A stretch of 16,774 nt of DNA from Octopus sinensis (GCF_006345805.1 NW_021824950.1:1-16774); one strand, 5' to 3'; counted from the stretch's first letter, positions 1-8,588 are shown. Notes: generated by a model from the letters alone, not told the origin. Program-made: numbers and translations.

Positions 1-299
1 ATCCTGCTACATAACTAACGAAATAGTTTTATTTGTATAGATGTTGGTGAAATGTGTTCTAAGATCCACTTCTTGTGCTGTAGACATTAATTAACCAGCC
101 TTAACATGCTGACGAGGGTGCGTCTGCATGCCGAGCGGCTTTCTAAAATAATTTAAGGGCACATCGTATAGCAGAGGCCCAAATAACCCAAGGGGATAAA
201 AAAAAAAGATATGACTACATCTGGAACAATTTTGATGAGTTTTAAGTAATGATGACTGGAGTAAAATAATAACAGAGGCAATGAGGGTTCGGTACCAGC

Positions 300-357
300 C
301 TCTCTCTCTTTCTCTCTTTTTCTCTCTGTCACTCTTTCTGTCTCTCTATCTCTCTCT
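300..357. repeat. imperfect (CT)n microsatellite
   Basis: Run of TCTCTC with interruptions; it accounts for the ERDRETER stretch of the ORF at 153-422. Confidence 0.9.
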
Positions 358-609
358 ATGCACACATATATACAAAATATTATCCTAGTGCACAGAGGTT
401 TGGTAAATATAATCGTATGCATAGGTATGTCTGTATGCGTATGTGCGCGTGTGTGTGTGTCGGAGCTTTATCAGCTTAGAGTTGTTTCTACTTTATGATG
501 GAATACACTCATAATTGAGGGGTTGTGTGTCATCCCGCAGCTTCATTGTGAACTAACAACGAATAAAAATATTTCTCTTTCCCACTGCACGTTTTTCTCT
601 TTATTCTAA

Positions 610-640
610 TTGATGAAGAATTAAAGTCCGAAACGTTAAA
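610..640 (+). ncRNA. degenerate minimal hammerhead-like motif (Penelope-like element type)
   Basis: TTGATGA-AG-AATTAAAGTC-CGAAAC-GTT-AAA: core-like NUGAUGA, then GAAAC and a palindromic AACGTT stem III. C3 is replaced and stems I and II are poor. Confidence 0.3.
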
Positions 641-643
641 ACC

Positions 644-686
644 CACACACATATACATGTATATATTTAATATATATATAATATAT

Positions 687-731
<45 letters not shown>

Positions 732-788
732 TATGTATATAATATGTATATTATATGTCAATATTTATATATGTATATATATATATTA

Positions 789-828
<40 letters not shown>

Positions 829-845
829 GTATATAGATATAATAT
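644..845. repeat. (CA)/(TA)n microsatellite tract
   Basis: About 200 bp of TATATA with point interruptions. Confidence 0.95.
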
Positions 846-945
846 ATGCCCTCATTTGTTGCCCTTCATAGTGTTCATTGTATTAACACTATATACTTAT
901 TGTCATACGTGCATTTATAGCCACACAGACACTCACATTTCTCTC

Positions 946-946
946 A

Positions 947-1027
<81 letters not shown>
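946..1027. repeat. compound (CT)n(TA)n microsatellite
   Basis: Read directly from the sequence. Confidence 0.95.
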
Positions 1028-1030
<3 letters not shown>

Positions 1031-1257
1031 TCCACGCGCACAACCCTCTGTTACTTTTCTATCTATCACCTGATAGGATAGCCTATACCGTCAACCAAAC
1101 CAAGACAAACTGTCCGTTCATTTTTCATTCATTGTTAAACTCTTTCCATTTCCAAGTTATCTCATCTTCAATTCTCCTGATGCCATACATTTTTCAGTCT
1201 TAACCAATTCCTCCAATCCTAATCTTTTTTCCACCAGCAGTTCTCCACTATTTCTTA

Positions 1258-1262
<5 letters not shown>

Positions 1263-1294
<32 letters not shown>
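1263..1294. repeat. (TC)n microsatellite
   Basis: Perfect TC run. Confidence 0.95.
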
Positions 1295-1299
<5 letters not shown>

Positions 1300-1576
1300 C
1301 CCCTCTACATTTCTCACATCCAATTAATTTTCTCTCTCACACTTTACTGGGTATATATGTTTATGTAATGATACATGTACACTCATTGCTTTCCCAGTTT
1401 TATCATTTCAACTACAAATCCATTTTCCATTCCGTTTTAATATTTCTCTCGTAAAACTCGCAAGAAATATGTTCCACATGTTTAATAGATGTTTGCTGTT
1501 ATTATTTACATTAATTGAAGCACTAAGTTGTGGCTCTCTGCCAGTGTTACCAGTCATTCTCCCTTCTTCTCATACT

Positions 1577-1581
1577 TGTTG

Positions 1582-1616
<35 letters not shown>

Positions 1617-1773
1617 GTTGTTGTTCTTCTTCTTCTTCTTCTTCTTCTTCTTCTCCTTCATCATCATCTTCTTCTTCTTCTTCTTCTTCTTCTCCTTCCT
1701 ATTCCTCTTCTTCTTCTTCTTCTTCTTCTTCTTCTAACAACAACAATAATAATAGTTGTTGTTGTTATTGTTG
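1577..1773. repeat. compound trinucleotide microsatellite (TTG)n-(TTC)n-(AAC)/(AAT)-(TTG)
   Basis: Successive triplet arrays; they produce the poly-C/S, poly-L/F, poly-V and poly-R ORFs in the track. Confidence 0.95.
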
Positions 1774-1844
1774 ATGTAAAGAACTTCGCTGAAGGTACCC
1801 ATCGTCCAGGGCAAACTGCCCTAACGCTTAACTGGATAATAAAT

Positions 1845-1847
<3 letters not shown>

Positions 1848-1906
<59 letters not shown>
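1848..1906. repeat. compound (AT)n(TG)n microsatellite
   Basis: Read directly; abuts the 5' end of the SINE at 1909. Confidence 0.95.
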
Positions 1907-1908
<2 letters not shown>

Positions 1909-2189
1909 GGCGCATGGCTCAGTGGTTAGAGCGTCGATCTTACGATCGTGAGGTTGTGAGCTCGAATCCCGGACCGGGCTGCGTGTTGTATTCTTGAGCA
2001 AGGCACTTTATTTCACGTTGCTCCAGTTCACTCAGCTGTAGAAATTAGTTGCGACGTCACTGGTGCCAAGCTGTATCGACCTTTGTTTTTCCCTTGGATA
2101 ACATTGGTGGCGTGGAGAGGGGAGGCTGGTATGCATGGGCGACTGCTGGTCTTCCATGGTCTGTGTCGTGACCGAAGGGGGTCTCTCCG
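1909..2189 (+). mobile_element. tRNA(Arg)-derived SINE with CORE-like central segment (octopus OR-type)
   Basis: Head GGCGCATGGCTCAGTGGTTAGAGC (A box), loop TTACGAT (ACG anticodon), GCTCGAATCCC (B box), then TTCTTGAGCAAGGCACTTTA, which resembles the CORE consensus TTGGGCAAGTCACTTAA. Followed by (AT)n; no TSD visible. The OR family name is recalled, not searched. Confidence 0.85.
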
Positions 2190-2221
<32 letters not shown>

Positions 2222-2222
2222 A
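2190..2222. repeat. (AT)n microsatellite
   Basis: Read directly; lies at the 3' end of the SINE. Confidence 0.9.
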
Positions 2223-2328
2223 ATATATGTATAATCAGTTATCCAACGGGAAAACAGAAAAAACAACAACACGTGGAACAATTACAGTATTATTATTATT
2301 AGGCGCTCAGGAAAATGGAAGAAGGAGA

Positions 2329-2363
2329 GTATGACGTTTCGAGCGGAGCTCTTCGTCGGAAAC
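2329..2363 (-). ncRNA. variant minimal hammerhead-like motif in a probable Penelope-like repeat remnant (about 2248-2520)
   Basis: Minus strand reads GTTT-CCGACGA-A-GAGC(TCC)GCTC-GAAAC-GTC-ATAC. Stem II is a perfect 4 bp, stem III is the palindrome ACGT, the cleavage triplet is GUC, and stem I pairs 3 of 4. The core has U4C and an extra A. Confidence 0.5.
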
Positions 2364-2540
2364 ATAGGAGAAAGAAAGATCCCGAGACGGGAGGACGGAG
2401 GAAAAAAAAAATTGCAGGTAGTCTTCACGAGGTCACATACTAAAAAGACGGAAGTGGTAAAAAAGGAGGAAAATGTTTTTTAAAAACAGGAGAGCTGAAT
2501 CAAAGAGGGAATGGTAAAAAAGGTGTGCAAGATGACAAGG

Positions 2541-3045
2541 GTGTGTGTGTGAGTGTGTGCGTGTGTGTGTATGTGTGTGTATGGTGGTCAGTGGCTAGTA
2601 GCAGGCAGTAGTAGAATTAAAGGAGTGATGTGGGGGTACCCTAGCAAGTCAGAAAGGCAGATCAGAAACAGGGAGGTATGTGTGTGTGCGTGTGTATGTA
2701 TGTGTGAGTGTGTGCGTGTGCGTGTGTGTATGTGTGTGTAAGGCGAGATAAAAAAAACAAAAAATATGTATATGTTAGTGCGTGCAGGGCGAACGGATGA
2801 CATAGCAAGTCTCAAGAGTGGTCAGTGGTAAAAAAAGGAGGAAGGAGGGAAGAAGGGAAGGAGGGAAAGGGTGGGGGCGTATGTAACGTGCCAGTGGTGT
2901 GTGTTGAGTGGTAGTGTGTGTGTGTCCAGTGTGCGTAGTTGTGTGTATGGCAAGTAAATTTGAAGTGTTGTGTAAGTGTAATGTATATATATATGCAAAT
3001 GTGTGTGTGTGAGTGGGTGTGTGTATGTGTGTGCGTGTGTGTACA
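2541..3045. repeat. degenerate GT-rich and GGA-rich low-complexity region
   Basis: Several imperfect (GT)n tracts (2541-2580, 2677-2739, 2895-3042) separated by purine-rich spacers. Confidence 0.8.
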
Positions 3046-3231
3046 AAGAGGGGGGGTTTAAGGAAAAAAAACTGCAGCGGAAGGGGGGAGGGGAAGATGG
3101 AAGAGTGGTCCCGCGGCGACAGGCGTGGGAGAACCCAAAGACACGCGCCGGCCCCAGATACGTATACTCTCTCAACAACTGCTTGTCGCTTGTCACTGTT
3201 TCAGCCTTTGTTTATATTTGTTGGTGCGTCG

Positions 3232-3395
3232 GACAAAAGGCCGTATGGTATTTTGATCCGGTTCTTTAAGTTCTGTGCTGAAACCTCGCCGAGGTCAACT
3301 TTGTCCTTCATCTGATCGGTATCAATAGACATAGTAAAATCGATGACTTAGCGTGTGCGCTTCGATCTTAGCTACTGGCCTTGTGTGCATAGTTT
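3232..3395 (+). mobile_element. old, diverged copy of the Meta-like tRNA SINE family
   Basis: TTCTGTGCTGAAACCTCGCCGAGGTCAACTTTGTCCTTCATC aligns with TTCTGAGTTCAAATTCCGCCGAGGTCGACTTTGCCTTTCATC in the young copies at 4143-4521. Confidence 0.65.
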
Positions 3396-3457
3396 AGACA
3401 CCATTACAAAGGGCCGTGGTGGCACAGTCGTTAGAGAGCAAGACAATATCTAGCTAT

Positions 3458-3670
3458 GGTGAGATGGCAGAATCGTTGGCACAAATCAGGAGAAAAGGCT
3501 TTAGCGGCATTTCTTCCGACTCTGAGTTCAAGTGCCGCCAGGGTCAGTTTCGCCTTTCTTCCTTTCGGGGTCGATCAGATAAGTACGTACTAGTTGGGCA
3601 CGGGGGTTGATGTAATCGACTTAATCCGTCCCTCGAAATTGCTGGCCTTGTGCCAAAATTTTTAATCAAC
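3458..3670 (+). mobile_element. near full-length older Meta-like tRNA SINE, preceded by an isolated tRNA-head fragment at 3412-3444
   Basis: GGTGAGATGGCAGAATCGTTGGCA (A box), GAGTTCAAGTGCC (B box), GCCTTTCTTCCTTTCGGGGTCGATC central domain, tail GCTGGCCTTGTGCCAAAATTT. Confidence 0.8.
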
Positions 3671-3680
3671 ATTTAGTTAT

Positions 3681-3860
3681 GGTCCTTTCGTTCTGAGTTC
3701 AAATGTGTCCGAGGTCAACTTTGTCTCTCAGACCTTCGGGGTCGATAAAATAATGCATCGGTCAGTCAATATAATCAATCAACAGAAGTCGATATAGTCA
3801 ACAAATCTTGCCCTAAACAAAAATACTGACCTTGTGCTTCTGTCAGAAACAATTGTTGTT
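3681..3860 (+). mobile_element. 5'-truncated diverged Meta-like SINE
   Basis: GTTCTGAGTTCAAATGTGTCCGAGGTCAACTTTG...CCTTCGGGGTCGATAAAATAA...GACCTTGTGC. Confidence 0.7.
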
Positions 3861-3919
3861 ATTATCAATATTGATATTTTGGCTGAAAAGCTGCTAAAGT
3901 TGGCTAATACAGCTTACAG

Positions 3920-4115
3920 TTTTAGTCGGAGAAAAGAAGTTGCGGATTTTCTGGTTCTTAACGTTTGAGTTTGAATCCCGCCGAGGTCAGCTTTCCATTT
4001 CATCCTTTCCAGGTCGAGAAAATAAAATACCAGTCAAGTCCCGGAGGTGATATAATCATTTATTCCCTTCAATCCAATTTGTTGCTTTTGCCTTTTGTTA
4101 GAAGCAGTTACTATT
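3920..4115 (+). mobile_element. diverged Meta-like SINE
   Basis: TTTGAGTTTGAATCCCGCCGAGGTCAGCTTTCCATTTCATCCTTTCCAGGTCGAGAAAATAAAATACCAG. Confidence 0.7.
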
Positions 4116-4142
4116 ACAAAAGGGAAATAGATTAGCAGAAGC

Positions 4143-4521
4143 AACGCCGGGCGAAATGCTTAGCGGTATTTCGTCTGCCGTTACGTTCTGAGTTCAAATT
4201 CCGCCGAGGTCGACTTTGCCTTTCATCCTTTCGGGGTCGATAAATTAAGTTACGTACTGAGGTCGATGTAACCGACTTAACCCGTTTGTCTCTCCTTGTT
4301 TGTCCTCTCTGTGTTTAGCCCCTTGTGTGTAGTAAAGAAATAGGTATTTTGTCTGCCGTTACGTTCTGAGTTCAAATTCCGCCGAGGTCGACTTTGCCTT
4401 TCATCCTTTCGGAGGTCGATAAATTAAGTACCAGTTACGTACTGAGGTCGATGTAACCGACTTAACCCGTTTGTCTCTCCTTGTTTGTTCTCTCTGTGTT
4501 TAGCCCCTTGTGGGTAGTAAA
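4143..4521 (+). mobile_element. young Meta-like tRNA SINE, 5'-truncated tandem dimer with a 19-bp TSD
   Basis: Two nearly identical ~190-bp monomers joined at GAAATA-GG-TATTTT (4337-4350). Flanked by the perfect direct repeat GAAATAGATTAGCAGAAGC (4124-4142 and 4522-4540). The central GCCTTTCATCCTTTCGGGGTCGATAAATTAAGTACCAG resembles the MetaSINE domain as I recall it. Confidence 0.9.
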
Positions 4522-4632
4522 GAAATAGATTAGCAGAAGCGTTAGAGCCACACTATTTCGGCACTGAGTTCAGATCCTGCTTCGGCCAGTTCTGCATTTC
4601 ATCTTTTCGGTGTCAAGAAAATTATGCAGCAG
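4522..4632 (+). mobile_element. old Meta-like SINE that served as the target of the dimer insertion
   Basis: With the insert removed it reads TAGCAGAAGCGTTAGAG (A-box-like)...CTGAGTTCAGATCC (B box)...GCATTTCATCTTTTCGGTGTCAAGAAAATTATG. Confidence 0.65.
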
Positions 4633-6574
4633 TAAAATTCAGACGTTGTTATAATAAATTAATTCATTCTAATGTTTTGGCGTGTAATTCACGTTACAAA
4701 ACAATAGTTGCAGACCTCCTTGTAGATATAAAGTGCTATTTTGTGAGAAAAAAATACACAGCTGTTTTTTTCTAGATTTCGGTAAAGTATTTGTCTGACA
4801 CGAGATTTAATCTGAGACTGTGTTAAAACCAAACCAATAACAATCTGGAAGACGCAGCAGCCATTAAAAGACAAACATAATTTGTTGACTTGAACATTTA
4901 TTTTTTTTGTCAACATTTTCGTCGCACTAACTGATACTTGGTAGCTGACACGGTCCCAATCTCTTAAAAAAAAAAATTTTAAGTATTTACATTTATTTTT
5001 TTATTCTTTGACGAGTTATGCTTGCAGCCTTACAACAGATATTTCTCAATGATATTCTGCTTTTAAAACATGTCCATTCCCCATAAAAAAGGATATTTCT
5101 GTCGGTCCTTCGTTGTTGCACATAAAACATCATTATTCTTGTTTTATCTCTAGCTTTGCTAATTCAATTTGATTCAAGGTGAGGTTATATCTAAACCTTT
5201 TACCGGAACACCTGATGCATTGGCACTCATTATTTTGAGAATTTTACTAAATATTAATTCATCTTATATTCCTTCTTAATCTGAGAACGAAGCGCAGTGA
5301 GATAATAAATGACGATACACTGAGTTAAAAAGCTCTTGAACAAAAAAAAAAAGGTGCAAATTTGCTTGCACGTCATGGACAATGCATCTTCTGTAATCAA
5401 GACAGACATGCTAACAATTGCTTTAAAGTAACAACCCTTCCTTCTGTCAAATTAGTGACGCCTCACTCTTGATTACAGATGTGTTGTTCGGGTTACATCG
5501 GCAGTTTTCCTACTTTTTCTGTCCAAAGTTTCCCTTTTAACCTAATGTATTATAATTATTAATAATACATTTCTCCATGTTGCTGCGTTATAAACGTAAT
5601 ACATTTTGTCTCAGGTAAGACTGAGGTGTTTAATTTCTATATTTACAGGTATGTCTACCTGAGCTACTCTAGGCTCATGGTTCGTATCTCACAAGCAATT
5701 TTCTGCTTGTGCTACATCGAAGGCATTTTTAATTCTATGTATCTGAATGTTTTATGGTTGATTTCGTTTGGCGAAACATCCCTTCTTAAAGTTTAATTTC
5801 ATTTGTCGATTTACTTTATTCATGAATTCTTTAGTCTTTCTCAGTCTCAATTTGTTCCTTATATTATCTCTGTTTATTTATCTAACATTTTACAAGTATT
5901 TTTCTAATAATTTTTCTAACCTTCGTCTAAAATTGGCGCGTTAATCTAAACAGAATATCATCCAAATTTTCCTATTGACTGTGGCTATTCTATGTAACAA
6001 GAGATCTGAGTTTTTTCTGTCAGGTGTAGCATAACTTTGAAAGCAACAAGGTGGTGCTATTAAGTTAGACATGGCCTGGGCCAATAATGGCCGAAACCTA
6101 TCAAAGTATCAAAGTAACAATATTCTGGAGATTGGTGACTGTTATGCCATTGCCAACATAGCATAACATATCAATGAATAAGATAGCCAAGTGCCAGAAA
6201 CTGAAGATTTCGATTTTACAAATCTACAAGCGTTGCGATACTTGTTTAGTCAGTTTGCAACATCCCTTCATCCTAATTTTGCCTCAGAATTCCTTTAAGA
6301 ATACACCTGTCTATGGAATACTCAATCATTTACAGACTAATTCGATGTGTAGGTGACTCAGTTAATCGAACATCTGAATCGCCGAACGAAGGAAAAGAAT
6401 AAAAAAAACCATCCAACCCTTCATCGCCTGAATGATCATTCGTCCGTTCTGCGTGAACTCCGACTAACAATCGGATGAATCACCCATTACATTCTAACCG
6501 TGGCCCTCACGTAATTTCTGACACTCAGGAAATCAGACACAGAAAATCATTTTTAGTTATAACCATTACTTATT

Positions 6575-6720
6575 AGACGCGTTGAGTCTGATTTGAGGGT
6601 TATTTGGCTAGTATTTCTAGCAGTGCAAACGTCTAAGTAGAGGTTCTTTCAATAGCTCGTTATGGCCACCCCTACACACACACCATCACCCGTCTTTGGC
6701 TATTATCTGTTCTTATGTCC
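6575..6720 (-). mobile_element. fragment of a dispersed repeat with GCTAGAAATA core (unclassified, possibly a LINE 3' end)
   Basis: Its reverse complement loosely aligns with 7230-7290 (GCTAGAAA..CA..TAA.C..AAATC). It resembles a recalled octopus repeat; not searched. Confidence 0.35.
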
Positions 6721-6949
6721 ATCTAAGAAATACATTTTTATTAAACCGATAATGACCATGTTAAAAGCGATAATGTTAATCAGATTAAGTGTGAATATTG
6801 ACCTGCAGGGAAGACGGGGCTGGTCGTGGGGACAATGAAATATGATAATGGATTAAGAATATGGCAGATTATGCCAGGAGAACGATGCACATTTATATAC
6901 ACACTCGTACATACGCATATATACCGCTGCTACACTTGTGCACACAATC

Positions 6950-6988
6950 ATTATTATTATTATGCCCCCTCCTCCTCCACCTACAACA

Positions 6989-7026
<38 letters not shown>

Positions 7027-7117
7027 AACCACCGCTACCACCACCATCACCATCACCACCATCACCACCACCACCACTACCACTACTTCAAGTAACTTAT
7101 AGAAAAAAACAAAGAAC

Positions 7118-7162
<45 letters not shown>

Positions 7163-7170
7163 TGGAGATG

Positions 7171-7211
<41 letters not shown>

Positions 7212-7221
7212 GGAGAGAGAG
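6950..7221. repeat. compound microsatellite (TAT)(CCT)(TAC)(CAC/CAT) + (GATA)n + (GA)n
   Basis: Read directly; produces the poly-Y/H/V/L ORFs at 6826-7344. Confidence 0.95.
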
Positions 7222-7229
7222 AATAGGAG

Positions 7230-7375
7230 AAGCTTCCGTAGCCGCTCGACCCGCTAGAAAAAACTGACAGTTAAACTGAAATCGCATACTATATTTTACA
7301 AAAGTAACGGGACACTGGTCAATAAAATAACGTGGGATGGTCACGGCTAAAATGTCTGCTTAGGATTAACAACAG
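7230..7375 (+). mobile_element. second diverged fragment of the GCTAGAAA-core dispersed repeat
   Basis: GCCGCTCGACCCGCTAGAAA...GGGATGGTCACGGCT...AACAACA; inverted relative to the 6575-6720 fragment. Confidence 0.35.
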
Positions 7376-7474
7376 AACAAGATTTTTCTCTCTGTCGTCG
7401 ACTCTCTCAAACACTCACACACATACACACGTTCGCATACAAAAGTACACATATGCATAGACAGTGACGTATAT

Positions 7475-8161
7475 ACTTTTTTACTCCCGGAAAGATGAAA
7501 AGCAAAGTCGACCTCGACAGAATTTGAACTCAGAACGTAAAGACAGACGAAATACCTATTTCTTTAATACCCACAAGAGGCTAAACACAGAGAAGACAAA
7601 CAAGGACAGACAAACGGATTAAGTCGATTATATTGACCCCAGTGCGTAACTGGTACTTAATTTATCGACCCCAAAAGGATTGAAAGGCAAAGTCGACCCA
7701 GGCGGAATGTGAACTCAGAACCTAACGGCAGACGAAATATGGCTACGCATTTCGCCCGGTGTGCTAACGTTTCTTATTTCTTTATTGCCCACAAGGGACA
7801 AAGAAGGACTGACAAAGGGATTAAGTCGATTACATCGTCCCCAGTGCGTAACTGGTACTTAATTTATCGACCCCAAAAGGATGAAAGGCAAAGTCGACCT
7901 CGGCGGAATTTGAACTCAGAACGTAGTGGCAGACGAAATACCTATTTCTTTACTACTCACAAGGGGCTAAACACAGACCGGACAGACAGATTAAGTCGAT
8001 TATATCTATTCCAGTGCGTAACTGGTACTTATTTAATCGACCCCGAAAGGATGAAAGGCAAAGTCGACCTCGGTGGAATTTGAACTCAGAACGTAGCGGC
8101 AGATGAAATACCGATAAGCATTTCGCCCGGCGTGCTAACGTTTCTGCCAGCTCGCCGCCCT
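7475..8161 (-). mobile_element. Meta-like tRNA SINE head-to-tail array of about 3.4 units with one 18-bp TSD
   Basis: Full head GGCGGCGAGCTGGCAGAAACGTTAGCA at 8159, reading leftwards. Junctions lie at 7935-7948, 7774/7775 and 7549-7562, and the last unit stops inside the central domain. Flanks are ATAGACAGTGACGTATAT (7457-7474) and ATAGACAATGACGTATAT (8162-8179), identical at 17 of 18 positions. Confidence 0.9.
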
Positions 8162-8194
8162 ATAGACAATGACGTATATTGATATGTATATGTA

Positions 8195-8338
8195 TTCGTT
8201 ATGAGCATGTATGTATATATGTATCTATATATATATGTGTGTGCGTGCGTGTGTGTGTGTATCTCTGTGTGTATGTGTGTATATAAGTATATACAAAGAC
8301 ACACACACACGCACACCACACACACATATGTATATATA
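8195..8338. repeat. mixed TA/TG/CA microsatellite
   Basis: Read directly from the sequence. Confidence 0.85.
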
Positions 8339-8551
8339 TGAGGGGATGCTGGAAAGTTCCTGACTTTCGGTAAAAGAAAATACAAGAAAATCAGTTAATT
8401 CTGATTTTATCCAACATATTCCCCTCTCAGATTCACACACTTGTTGCAGTGGTCCTTCAGTTTTCTCTAAGTCCTGTAAAAGAACTCGGAAGGTTGAGCC
8501 TCAAACCAGGCCTTTCGTGATAACCTTAAAACCAGGAACTTTTCTGTACGT

Positions 8552-8556
<5 letters not shown>
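8339..8556 (-). mobile_element. mariner deletion derivative (mini-element, irritans/Hsmar2-like ends)
   Basis: TA flanks at 8337-38 and 8557-58. Diverged terminal inverted repeats (TIRs) TGAGGGGATGCTGGAAAGTTCCTG and CAGGAACTTTTCTGTACGTTCTCG share AAAGTTCCTG. Minus strand 8490-8407 translates SEFFYRT*RKLKDHCNKCVNLRGEYVG*, matching the mariner C-terminus (KL...W.KC..L.G.YVE*). Confidence 0.85.

Positions 8557-8558
<2 letters not shown>

Positions 8559-8588
<30 letters not shown>

Noticed and set aside
109-140. CTGACGA-GGGTGCGTCTGCATGCC-GAGCGG as a hammerhead
   Set aside because: The first core half and a plausible stem II are present, but GAAA is replaced by GAGC and no stem I or III forms. 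At best a dead relic.
1736-1766. AACAACAACAA...TTGTTGTTGTT hairpin
   Set aside because: It is a by-product of adjacent complementary triplet microsatellites, with no independent evidence of function.
1909-1985. A tRNA-Arg gene (also the heads at 12760-12834, 8070-8159 and 16410-16498)
   Set aside because: Acceptor and anticodon stems are imperfect, there is no oligo-T terminator, and each head continues into a SINE body, with a TSD in three cases.
5691-5710. ACAAGCA-ATTTTC-TGCTTGT stem-loop as a terminator or ncRNA
   Set aside because: A 7-bp stem is expected by chance in a window this size, and intrinsic terminators do not apply to this eukaryotic context.
7475-8161. CRISPR-like array
   Set aside because: The units are ~190-230-bp SINE monomers without unique spacers, in eukaryotic DNA with no cas genes.
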